A stretch of 64,000 bases of DNA from a virus. Taxonomy: Duplodnaviria; Caudoviricetes. Numbering within the stretch: position 1 is the first letter of the stretch; each line of letters opens with the position of its first letter. The position numbers and the translations under genes are program-made. The stretch lies in IMG/VR virus record IMGVR_UViG_3300044796_000401; one strand, written 5' to 3'. The notes under the pieces were generated by a model. It made no database searches, had not been told where the DNA came from, and saw only the letters and a list, made by a program, of their open reading frames with translations. Shown here in pieces: positions 9,340 to 17,795 of the stretch.

Positions 9340-10003
9340 GGTCAATCCTCCTGAGTTGTTGTTGCGCGAACTTGACGTACACCGGGTCCATCTCAAAACC
9401 CAAGTATTGACGATTGAGATTTTTGGCGGCGAGTAAGACCGTTCCGCTGCCAGCGAAGGGGTCACAAACCAAATCCCCCTCATTCGTGGTTAAAATGATG
9501 ATTCTCCGTGCAAGTTCATACGGGATGGGGCATGGGTGGGGGTTTTCTTTTTTGCTGACATTCTTGACTTGATTGATCTCCCACCAATCATATAGCTTGC
9601 AGGCTTTGCCCTCCGCGATGCGCTTGGCGATGCGTTTGTCCGTGGGGTTTTTGTAGGGCTGTGTGATCCTGCGCATATCGGGCTTGCAGTTAAACCATGT
9701 GATTGAGCGATGCTGCTTTGCGGTGTTCGACGGATAGACCCAAGCAACCGACTGCTCCGCTTGTCCGAGTAAGCCGCCGCCCAAAAGATTGATGGTCTCT
9801 TCCGGGTAGTGTATGACAACAGATTTCCTGTCTTTGAAAGCCGCCGCCAGCAATTGGCGGTATTCCTGTAAGGCCAAAGAGTCTCCATACTCGGCGTAGT
9901 GGTACCCTTGGTTATACGGCGGATCGGAGATAATGTAAGCATCGGGAGGAACGTCAGCCATCAACTTTTGGCAGTCACCGAGTACGATTCTGTTTATCAT
10001 CAC
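9326..10003 (-). CDS. N6-adenine/N4-cytosine DNA methyltransferase (beta class)
   Basis: SDPPY precedes HPCPIP and DPFAGSGT, the beta-class motif order. Confidence 0.9.
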   Translation of the reverse strand: MMINRIVLGDCQKLMADVPPDAYIISDPPYNQGYHYAEYGDSLALQEYRQLLAAAFKDRKSVVIHYPEETINLLGGGLLGQAEQSVAWVYPSNTAKQHRSITWFNCKPDMRRITQPYKNPTDKRIAKRIAEGKACKLYDWWEINQVKNVSKKENPHPCPIPYELARRIIILTTNEGDLVCDPFAGSGTVLLAAKNLNRQYLGFEMDPVYVKFAQQQLRRIDHAKK

Positions 10004-10317
10004 GAGTTTCCTTCCACGGCGTCAAACCAAGTCTTGCCTTGGGTCAACCGCTCGTAAGTGATTCTGCAACCTGCGACCGCATCCACGAAACTGTCAAGCC
10101 GCTCCCACGTATGCCCGCCAACGTTCCCCGCGTTGAGCCTGAACGCAAACTCGTCCACATATCGCCCGAGATGCTTCTTGCTAGCGTGGTGGTAGACTCC
10201 GTGAAGTCCCCGCTTCATCACGGCCCACACGCTCTCAATACCGTTCGTGTGGACATTCCCACGAACATATTCATCCTTGATGTGCGAGACCGTCTGGACT
10301 TCATAGCCGAGGATCAT
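10000..10317 (-). pseudogene. C-terminal fragment of an IS1595-family transposase
   Basis: VSH..EYVRGNVHTNGIESVWAVMKRGLHGVYHHASKKHLGRYVDEFAFRLN. The N-terminal zinc ribbon and first catalytic Asp residues are absent. Confidence 0.8.
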
Positions 10318-10457
10318 CGCTTCCCCAACTCGCACTCGACGATGACCCGCAGGATGTCCTTGGACAGCGGGCTGAGTTCGATGCCGTTCTCGTTCTTCAC
10401 GGCGGCGATCAATTCTTCCAGCTTAGATTCGAGCGTGTTGGCTTGCGCGGGGGTCAT
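10314..10457 (-). CDS. Small hypothetical protein (47 aa, MTPAQANTLESKLEEL...)
   Basis: Hand translation; ATGA overlaps at both ends. Confidence 0.6.
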   Translation of the reverse strand: MTPAQANTLESKLEELIAAVKNENGIELSPLSKDILRVIVECELGKR

Positions 10458-10639
10458 CCGCGGTCCTTGATCGCCCGCAGGATTTCGGCATGGCGTTCAT
10501 CCCGTTCTTTTTCCCAAGTCTGCACGATGGAAAACGCCAAGCAGCCGAAGCCGATGCACGCCAGCACTTGACTGTGACTGCCGGTAATCCACGCAATCAG
10601 ACCGCAAAGTAAAAAGACCAGAAAGAATATCGCGGGCAT
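10454..10639 (-). CDS. Small membrane protein
   Basis: Two hydrophobic segments; AAGGAG RBS. Confidence 0.6.
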   Translation of the reverse strand: MPAIFFLVFLLCGLIAWITGSHSQVLACIGFGCLAFSIVQTWEKERDERHAEILRAIKDRG

Positions 10640-10727
10640 GGCATTTCTCCTTTACACCCCTAGTATACAGCGGCGCGGGGATTTTAGCTACCTATAACCC
10701 CTTGAAAATCAGATATTTGGGGGAAGA

Positions 10728-11087
10728 CTACTCGGATTCCGCAACGGTAAGCCCGCCAAGGCTGCCGGATTTCGGTTTTTTCCATGTTTCGGGATGCTTC
10801 AAGTCGGCGTGGTCTGGACTGGGGCGGAACCGTCCTTTGGACCAAACTATGAAAGGGCACGTTTCCCCGGCTTTTCCTTCGAGCACGAAGTCAGCGAATT
10901 CCCAGTACCAAGGCTGGTTGTCGGGAATTGGGTATTCTCGCCATGAAAGGAGGTTTTCAATTTCGTTAAAGAACGATTCGGCCTTAAGCTGGTCGCCTCC
11001 CGCCAGCCTGAGAAATTCCTCGGCGATATCTAGAAGGCGCTTGGCGTTGCAGTTGTACAGGCTCGGTTCGAGCTTTTTACCGGGCAT
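10728..11087 (-). CDS. Hypothetical protein
   Basis: 119-aa ORF overlapping the upstream gene end; no motif recognised. Confidence 0.55.
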   Translation of the reverse strand: MPGKKLEPSLYNCNAKRLLDIAEEFLRLAGGDQLKAESFFNEIENLLSWREYPIPDNQPWYWEFADFVLEGKAGETCPFIVWSKGRFRPSPDHADLKHPETWKKPKSGSLGGLTVAESE

Positions 11088-11376
11088 GCTCGTCTCGCAA
11101 AGCCTTCAAATATTCTTTGAACGCTTGAAGCCTCTGCGTCGAGCCTTGGGGATGGGCAAAAGCCGCGGCGAACAGTTCTTGGGACTTGCGGCGTGCGGGA
11201 ATCTTCATTGCCGCCTCATGGGCGGAAAACACGGTTTGGTTGGCTTCCGCTACGGCTTGTTTTGGCTGTGCGCCCATGCCGTCCATCTTAGTGGAGTTCT
11301 TCTGTTTTGTCAAATGCTTCTTCCATGCCTTTTCGGCAGCTTGCAGCACGGATTCCATTGTTTCAGGAGATGCCAT
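11077..11376 (-). CDS. Hypothetical protein
   Basis: 99-aa ORF with GAGGG RBS and CAGTATTA 34 nt upstream. Confidence 0.6.
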   Translation of the reverse strand: MASPETMESVLQAAEKAWKKHLTKQKNSTKMDGMGAQPKQAVAEANQTVFSAHEAAMKIPARRKSQELFAAAFAHPQGSTQRLQAFKEYLKALRDEHAR

Positions 11377-11499
11377 GGTTTGCCCTCTGTTATGGGTTTT
11401 ATAGTCGTCTAATACTGAAAAATCAGCCGCTTGGATGTTGTTTTAGGCTGGCTTTCCAAATCCCGTCTATCCGAGCCCTTTAGGTAGGGAGGCCGACCG

Positions 11500-13590
11500 T
11501 TGTCCAAGCTGCTCCAGATGGATTTCCACAAGGGGTTTGTTGCCTTGGACGAATGTGCCGAGGTGCCATGGGCATCCGACCTCGAACGCTGGGACGAACT
11601 GTGCGAGGCGGAAGAGGAAGAGATGGCTCCGGCTTCCCTCACCTCGGAAGAGGCGGAGGAGAAGTACCGCCTCGGCCCGTCGTCCGAGACCCGCATAGCC
11701 GCCGAGAAGCCCAAAGCCGTCCCGATGCCGCAGGAGATCGACGACGACGGCTGGGTGACGCCACAGGGCAGATGGATTCATGTCGGCGTCGCCGAGACGC
11801 ATGCCGACATCGCCGCGGACTTCGGGTTCCGGGGCAAAGACCCGGTGCGGGAAGCCATCGACGCCGGATATGTGCGGGTGGTCGTGTGGCTGGAGAAGGG
11901 AACGGCTTTCCTCCTGTTCCGGAGCGCAGCCGACGCGCTGCGCCGCGCCGGGGAAATCATGCGCCGCTTCCCCGCGGGGATCGGGACTGTCGGCATGGAA
12001 TACGGCCAAGGCAAGTTCCTCGAAATGCCCTTCGAGATAGCCGAGGAAAAATTTCCCGGCGGCAGCCTCATGTCCGTGACGGCGGCGAAGCGTGAAAAAC
12101 CCGCCAGCAAAACAGCCGGGGAGCACATCCTCGGAGGCATGCCCAATCCCCTGACCCTCGTGGACACGCGACCGGACATCATCGAGGACTGGGTCTACTT
12201 GCCGGAGCGGGACCGCAAGGAGATGCTTTCCGAGGCCAAGGAGATCATGGTCGATCCGAACGACCTGAAGACGGACCAGCTTACCGTGGGCAAGGACGAG
12301 GTGGAGGAGCTTGTAAAGAACATCGGCAGCATCGACGAGCCCACGGAGAGCACGGACGAGGAGCATCTCGCCCACCCGCTGGTCCTCGGAACCGATCAGG
12401 GCATGTTCGTGTTCGACGGCAACCACCGCTGCTCCGCCGCCAAGCTCGCTGGCGTGCCGATCAAGGTGCTGTACATAAACTTGCACCCGATGGAAGACCT
12501 CGTGGGGGACGATGATTGGGGCAAGACCGGGGTGAGCAAACTGGCATCCATCGACACAAACACTCGTGTCCTCTACCATGGAACAAATAAGGATGAGGAT
12601 TTCAATGAGGTTAAACCCGACATGTACGGAATCTTGTGGCTTGCTGAAACAGATGCCGCTCAAGACTACACGATCCGCAGCTATCGCGAAGGTGAGCCCC
12701 GTCTGTTTGAGGTTCGATTGAAGTCAAACACCAAGCTGATAGACATCCGCGACCTATCCGATCCCATCGTGCGGGAGTACAAGGAAGTCGAGTTCCCCGA
12801 TACACTGGACGCCGAATACTTGGAGCGTTGGGCGACATGGCGTCGCGTGGAGGGCAGCCCAAAGCTGGTGAAGTTCATGAAGGATCGGGGCGTCGATGGG
12901 GTCATCGTCAATGACCAACTGAAGCGGGGGCGTCCGCACGACAGCGTGGCCCTTTTCAACCGTGACAAGATCGAGTCACAGAAAGTAGTAAAGACCGCCG
13001 ACAGGTACAATCCCGAGGGCTTCTGGGCGGGCGAAGGCGACGCCGCGTCCGGCATCCTCCCTGTATGCCCCGCCACGGGGCGTGTGGGGCTCGCCATGCG
13101 CTCCGGAGCCGTGGACTATCCCCATACGTATTCCACGGTGGGAGGGGCTGTCAAATCGGGAATGTCGCCCCAGCAGAGCGCCAAGGCGGAACTCAAGGAA
13201 GAGACCGGATACGGCGGCGGAATCAATTTGATCCCCGCATACACCTTTGCGTCCGGGGGCGGATTTAAATACCACAACTTCATCGGCGTGGTTGGCAAGG
13301 AGTTCGGGCTGCATCCCCAAAAGGGCGAGAGCGCGAACCTCGCGTTCGAGGACGAGAACGTCGGCATCGACTGGGTGCCGTTCCAAGAGGTGCTGGACGA
13401 CATCAAGGCGAACAGCGGCAAGTACCACCCGGAATTCGCCAAGTTCCTGGCCAACTCCGAGCAGGCCATCAGGCGGGCGCTGCGCGAGGAGCGGCATGGC
13501 GTCTCGAAGAAAGAGGCCTCCGGCGAGAAGCTCATGCCGGGACGGATCGCCGCCATGCTCGCAACCAAGACTGCCACTATTTCTTCTTGA
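11500..13590 (+). CDS. Multidomain protein: unknown N-terminal domain + ParB/Srx-like + ART-like (YHGT) + NUDIX hydrolase
   Basis: HPLVL...VFDGNHRCSAAKLAG. VLYHGT...GILWLA...GVDGVIVND...VALFN. GGAVKSGMSPQQSAKAELKEETG (NUDIX box). Confidence 0.75.
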   Translation: MSKLLQMDFHKGFVALDECAEVPWASDLERWDELCEAEEEEMAPASLTSEEAEEKYRLGPSSETRIAAEKPKAVPMPQEIDDDGWVTPQGRWIHVGVAETHADIAADFGFRGKDPVREAIDAGYVRVVVWLEKGTAFLLFRSAADALRRAGEIMRRFPAGIGTVGMEYGQGKFLEMPFEIAEEKFPGGSLMSVTAAKREKPASKTAGEHILGGMPNPLTLVDTRPDIIEDWVYLPERDRKEMLSEAKEIMVDPNDLKTDQLTVGKDEVEELVKNIGSIDEPTESTDEEHLAHPLVLGTDQGMFVFDGNHRCSAAKLAGVPIKVLYINLHPMEDLVGDDDWGKTGVSKLASIDTNTRVLYHGTNKDEDFNEVKPDMYGILWLAETDAAQDYTIRSYREGEPRLFEVRLKSNTKLIDIRDLSDPIVREYKEVEFPDTLDAEYLERWATWRRVEGSPKLVKFMKDRGVDGVIVNDQLKRGRPHDSVALFNRDKIESQKVVKTADRYNPEGFWAGEGDAASGILPVCPATGRVGLAMRSGAVDYPHTYSTVGGAVKSGMSPQQSAKAELKEETGYGGGINLIPAYTFASGGGFKYHNFIGVVGKEFGLHPQKGESANLAFEDENVGIDWVPFQEVLDDIKANSGKYHPEFAKFLANSEQAIRRALREERHGVSKKEASGEKLMPGRIAAMLATKTATISS

Positions 13591-13673
13591 GCCCGATCTT
13601 CTTCATCGTTGCGCCGATGTCTTCGCAGTCGGCGCACGGAACAACTTTCCCGCATTCCTTGGCGCGTCGGGTT

Positions 13674-15464
13674 TTATCCGCTCTCGTCCTTCCATCCTTC
13701 CGGGGCGCATGCGGGGCAAAGCGTCGAATACCATCCGCCCCGCTGCCCGAGCTTGCCGGGCTTGCCGCACGCCTCGCAGGTGATTCCCGAAAGCCTTTCC
13801 GCTTCCCTGATGAAGGAGCGGATTTTGTCATTGCAAGAGCAGTAGAATCTGAGGCTGTTTCCACTCCATACAGATTTCCCGTTTCGCCGCACGTATAGTA
13901 GTCCGTTTGGAACAGTGGCGCAGTGCACCTTACCTGTGTACCCCAACCACCCCTCCTTGGCGTTCGCTGGCACGGTATGCCGAAAGCTTTTCTTCATCCA
14001 GCTAATACAAAAACAGGGAAAGTTACCTTTAATAACTCGTCCGTTTCTTAAAACAGTAGTGCTTGGCGGACGGGTATCCACGTCAGCGACATCCCCCGCT
14101 TTCAAAATCAACTCAGTCGCATCATCTGACAATTTTGGAGATACAGTATACAAGGTATGCGCGGTGCGGGCTTTGTGCCCATCTCCAGCGAATAAGGCAT
14201 CCAGAAAAATCCGTATCTGGTCCGGGGGCAGTTCCTTGATAAAAGACGGAACATGTTTGTTCTCGGCAAAATGCCCACATTCGTCCAAAAGCCAAGGGGC
14301 TAGCTGCGCATCATAAAAATTATAAACGACCGCCGATTTGTCTTCCATGCTTGGGATCGGATCATAGCCTATGGCTTTGATGGCCGCTTCGACTGTCTGC
14401 CTCTCAATACCCCCATCCGCATTGTTGGCGCTTATGCTGATTTGAGATATGTTGATCTGATCAGAAGAGCAACAGCCCTCAGCCACATACCAGCCAAGAA
14501 AAGTCAACCACGCCCCCATGGGCACGCTTCGCACTTCCCGAATGTACCCGCGGGTCATAAGGGTTCCGTCCGACCGGAAAGGATTTCGAGTTTGATTGGA
14601 TCGACGATATTCGGGCAAAAGGAATTCATCCTGTTGCCGCCCCAGCCACAAAGCGCCCTTTTGCATGTCTTTCTTTTTTCCAAAAAACTCATGGGGAAGA
14701 TGAAAGCCAAGCGGATAAATCCGTTTTACAAGCGGGGGTAGGTACCTTCCAAACCAGAACGGAGCCTTGGCTAAATAAAGGCGATGGTTGGGAGTGACAA
14801 GCAAATCTACCCCACGAGACTCAAGAAAGTACATGGGTCCAGCGTAATCATAGGCGATCAAATCATTTGGCTTTTGATAGACGAGAAATCCGTGTTCATC
14901 CAGCGTAGCCAGATCGTCTTCCATCGTTAATGACGAGAAAAGCTTCCAACCACCCTTTGTAAGGGTTTCCGTTTTTTCATCGTAGCAGCCGAACTTTTCC
15001 TTGACTTGGTCCACCGCCAGCCCCGTGGACGGGAACCAGGCGAGATTTTTCAGCCCGAGGCGCGTGATATTGAAGTTCCCGGCCTTGCGGTGCTTGCCGA
15101 AAACGGCCTGTATGATGCGTTCGTCCCAAGCTGGCTTTCCTTCGTGCACGACAAAGCGGCAGGGATCGTCCTTGGTGCCCGCGCCCAGAGTTTCCCGCGT
15201 GTTCCGCGTTACGGGAGACAGCCGATAAACAAGGCGGTTCCAGCGCACGGAAAGCCGCTTTTTGAAGAGCAGCCAAAGGCCGGGAAAGGCGCTGTCATAC
15301 CCCATCTCGGCATTGATCGCCTCGGAAAGGTTCCAGATTATGCCAAACCAGCCATCGCCGCATGAAAAGCCCCAGCACATGCAGGTCTGGGTCATCGGGC
15401 TGTAGTAGTCTTGGTACAGCACGGGGAAGGCTTCCAGCAAACGCTTGGTGTTTTCCTTGTTCAT
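13674..15464 (-). CDS. Uncharacterised phage protein of the QxKEKFG-x-LRFY / CExCG family, split by an intein
   Basis: Start MNKENT (GAGG RBS). The spliced exteins read DQVKEKFG|SLRFY...EAERLSGITCEACGKPG (about 219 aa). Confidence 0.8.
   Translation of the reverse strand: MNKENTKRLLEAFPVLYQDYYSPMTQTCMCWGFSCGDGWFGIIWNLSEAINAEMGYDSAFPGLWLLFKKRLSVRWNRLVYRLSPVTRNTRETLGAGTKDDPCRFVVHEGKPAWDERIIQAVFGKHRKAGNFNITRLGLKNLAWFPSTGLAVDQVKEKFGCYDEKTETLTKGGWKLFSSLTMEDDLATLDEHGFLVYQKPNDLIAYDYAGPMYFLESRGVDLLVTPNHRLYLAKAPFWFGRYLPPLVKRIYPLGFHLPHEFFGKKKDMQKGALWLGRQQDEFLLPEYRRSNQTRNPFRSDGTLMTRGYIREVRSVPMGAWLTFLGWYVAEGCCSSDQINISQISISANNADGGIERQTVEAAIKAIGYDPIPSMEDKSAVVYNFYDAQLAPWLLDECGHFAENKHVPSFIKELPPDQIRIFLDALFAGDGHKARTAHTLYTVSPKLSDDATELILKAGDVADVDTRPPSTTVLRNGRVIKGNFPCFCISWMKKSFRHTVPANAKEGWLGYTGKVHCATVPNGLLYVRRNGKSVWSGNSLRFYCSCNDKIRSFIREAERLSGITCEACGKPGKLGQRGGWYSTLCPACAPEGWKDESG
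13857..14987 (-). mobile_element. Intein with LAGLIDADG endonuclease (377 aa)
   Basis: Starts CYDEKTETLTKGGWK and has DLLVTPNHRL. LAGLIDADG helices FLGWYVAEG and FLDALFAGDG. Ends VHCATV...RRNGKSVWSGN|S. Confidence 0.92.
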
Positions 15465-15600
15465 TTCATCCTCAGTTTGCAATTGTCGAAATGGTGCCGC
15501 ATCACCCCCGGCGGTGCTTTGCTGACCCCGCGGTGCGGACAAGTATACAGCTTTCGTTCGACACCCAAAGCCTTGCAGTTCTCAAAATGCCACCGCTTCA
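15461..15600 (-). pseudogene. Remnant of a homing-endonuclease C-terminal zinc-finger tail
   Basis: KRWHFENCK...YTCPH...VMRHHFDNCK, the RWHFDNCK-type tail; no catalytic domain present. Confidence 0.55.
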
Positions 15601-15713
15601 AGTCTAACGGCTTCCTCGGGTGAGACCTCGTTACGTTCCTCCAACATGAGCTTCGGGTGCTCATGCAAAAAATGGTACACATCATAGGCGTTGCTGATCT
15701 TATGCTTTTTCAT
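15582..15713 (-). CDS. Short (43 aa) probably truncated ORF MKKHKISNAY...
   Basis: ATGA overlap with the upstream gene. It ends inside an out-of-frame endonuclease-tail remnant. Confidence 0.45.
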   Translation of the reverse strand: MKKHKISNAYDVYHFLHEHPKLMLEERNEVSPEEAVRLEAVAF

Positions 15714-16153
15714 GGCTTGTTCCCCGCCAAATCGAACCCGGTCACCTTGCCATCAACAAAATCGCGAGTTCGTTTCGGACTTTCCTCAGCCTCTCGCTCT
15801 TCCCGCTCTTTCCAGGCGAGTTTGTGCCGTTCAATTTTGGCTTGTGTTTCTGCGTCGCTGGCGGCGCTGAATGCTCTGACAACCGAAGCCCCAAGCCGCT
15901 TCTGCGCTCCGTTGAAGTACTTCGCAGCAAGACGGTCGTCTGTCAATTCGATGATGGGGGTATGCTTGCCTTCCCACGATACTTTGGCCATGGTGAGGGG
16001 CACGTCTTCCGTCTCGCACCGCGGACACACGTCAATGGGACCGAGCTTGTCCGGCGCAGGGCTAAACTCCCGTTCACATTCCCGGCAGGTCTGCTTTCTT
16101 ACCACGGTCCCTCCACCCACAGTATACCGCATCGGGGCGATTTTGACTAGCAT
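15710..16153 (-). CDS. Hypothetical zinc-ribbon protein
   Basis: CREC...CPRC. Start ATG 16153 lies just after the upstream stop. Confidence 0.6.
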   Translation of the reverse strand: MLVKIAPMRYTVGGGTVVRKQTCRECEREFSPAPDKLGPIDVCPRCETEDVPLTMAKVSWEGKHTPIIELTDDRLAAKYFNGAQKRLGASVVRAFSAASDAETQAKIERHKLAWKEREEREAEESPKRTRDFVDGKVTGFDLAGNKP

Positions 16154-16154
16154 G

Positions 16155-16826
16155 CTAATCCCAAAGCGAAAAGAACGATTTCGTAAAACACGCCAGTCCT
16201 TCCTCGAAGATTTTCTGATCCCGTTCCTCAAGAAGGCGGCTGGCCTTGTAGCGGTCGTCGCTGACCTTGCACCATTCTTCCTTAGTTACGCCCTCGGGGC
16301 GATCCATGGGGTATTCGCCAAGCTCCTTCTCGTACAGGCCGTCGTTGATGCGCCACGCGGCCTCGAACCCGGCAATCATCTTGTCCATTGTGGCGTCCCA
16401 GTTGCGAATGGCGATCTCGTGGGCCTCTTCCGTGGGATTACCATCGGATTGAATGTATTCGGCCTCCGTGGGGAACATGGTCATGGGCGTGCCGTGCTTG
16501 TGCGCCTTGAGGCGGCGGAGGAAGGCGGGCATCATCGTGGGCTCGCAGAGGTACCAGTCGATGCTCCAAGCGTCGCGATCAGACCAGCCCCTACGGCCGC
16601 GCTGGATAAAGTACTTGATGTCGTAGTAAATGTCGCGGGGGTGGAAGACCTTGGTGTTGGCAAAGAAGCGATAGACAGCCCAGTAGACGTGGGTGTACCA
16701 CGGGTCTTTGCTGTCGTCCCAAAGACCCTCCCAGTAGTCATCATTGACTTCGATGAGTTCGTCGGGTTTACGGATGGGGGTATTGCGAAGGAAGGAATTG
16801 ACCTTCCGAAGTAGTTTGGGAAACAT
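16155..16826 (-). CDS. Conserved-looking phage hypothetical protein
   Basis: GGAG RBS; RGRRGWSDRDAWSIDWYL...LKAHKHGTP. Confidence 0.7.
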   Translation of the reverse strand: MFPKLLRKVNSFLRNTPIRKPDELIEVNDDYWEGLWDDSKDPWYTHVYWAVYRFFANTKVFHPRDIYYDIKYFIQRGRRGWSDRDAWSIDWYLCEPTMMPAFLRRLKAHKHGTPMTMFPTEAEYIQSDGNPTEEAHEIAIRNWDATMDKMIAGFEAAWRINDGLYEKELGEYPMDRPEGVTKEEWCKVSDDRYKASRLLEERDQKIFEEGLACFTKSFFSLWD

Positions 16827-16948
16827 ATGCGTGCTCTCCTGTAGCACTAATACGGAGCTAATCGCATATGTTCTCCTTTCGGAAGATCAAGGAGAGGAAC
16901 CCCGTAGGGCTTCTGGAAGCCTCGTAAAGCTTCCTCGCCTCTCCTATC

Positions 16949-16976
16949 ATAATACCGCGAAAGCCGGAAAAGTCAA
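16949..16976 (-). promoter_or_regulatory. Sigma70-like promoter candidate
   Basis: TTGACT-16 nt-TATTAT (or 19 nt-TATGAT) in the intergenic region upstream of 16826. Confidence 0.45.
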
Positions 16977-16980
16977 GAGC

Positions 16981-17142
16981 TTAATACGGCAGAAGGAATG
17001 AAAGGCCCCAGCAAGCCAAGCCCCATCCGATGAAACGGAAACGGGCCGGTTCCGGAAGCCCCAGACCTGCGAGTATGAAAAGCACGGTGCCTGCGACTTG
17101 CAGGAACAACGCTATCGAAACGTGTGTATAAGATGGATGCAT
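16981..17142 (-). CDS. Small membrane protein (53 aa, MHPSYTHVSIALFLQVAG...)
   Basis: Hand translation; GAGGAG RBS; two hydrophobic segments. Confidence 0.65.
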   Translation of the reverse strand: MHPSYTHVSIALFLQVAGTVLFILAGLGLPEPARFRFIGWGLACWGLSFLLPY

Positions 17143-17230
17143 AATAGCTCCTCAACGCTCGTTCGGCCCAGAATTCTACCCGATGAATCGAGCACTCTTA
17201 TAGGGTCGCTAAAGTCGGAAAAGTTGAGGT

Positions 17231-17422
17231 TCAACGCCCGAAATGGATATTGGACATAAGCCCCAAAACCCCAAAGACTTCCAAAAGCCACAGCACGAGG
17301 GCGATGAAGACGACGACGTTCAGGATTTTCTTGATCGGGGCTTCCATGGGAACGTAGCGGTTCACCAAGTACAGCAGCAGGCCGATTACCGTCAGGATAA
17401 CTATAAGCTGGATGACAAACAT
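17231..17422 (-). CDS. Two-TM membrane protein, Thivi_2564-like
   Basis: MFVIQLIVILTVIGLLLYLVNRYVPMEAPIKKILNVVVFIALVLWLL; GGGAG RBS. Confidence 0.7.
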   Translation of the reverse strand: MFVIQLIVILTVIGLLLYLVNRYVPMEAPIKKILNVVVFIALVLWLLEVFGVLGLMSNIHFGR

Positions 17423-17456
17423 AGGTTGCTCCCCAACTATGGCGTTGAAAGTCCGG

Positions 17457-17756
17457 TTAGGACTTGGGCCGGATGTCCAGATCGTCCAAGCGCTCCGGCT
17501 TGCCGCCGAACTCCCGGACCAAGACGTAGTAGTTGACCGAGCGGGCCTCGGTGTCCACGCTAAGCTGTTCCTTCTTGCCGCCGTAGGACCGCAGGAGGAA
17601 CATCGGATGGGCGCGGCCGCACTCGCTGTCCACCTCCGGTCTTTGCGCCCAGTTGTGGTAGCGCAGGGAGTCCCGGAGGTTCTCGGGCGGCAGGGCCGTA
17701 AGCGGCGGATGGTTCCAGCCAAAGTATCGCTTCAGCCATGCGAGGATTCGGCGCAT
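17457..17756 (-). CDS. Hypothetical protein
   Basis: 99 aa; GAGG RBS; GC3-rich codons. Confidence 0.6.
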   Translation of the reverse strand: MRRILAWLKRYFGWNHPPLTALPPENLRDSLRYHNWAQRPEVDSECGRAHPMFLLRSYGGKKEQLSVDTEARSVNYYVLVREFGGKPERLDDLDIRPKS

Positions 17757-17795
17757 GCCTCATTATAGGCGGACAGGAAACAAAAAGCAAACAGT

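Noticed and set aside
13577-13864. ORF 13577..13864 as a gene
   Set aside because: It largely overlaps the C-extein of the intein-containing gene in another frame, with no RBS or motif.
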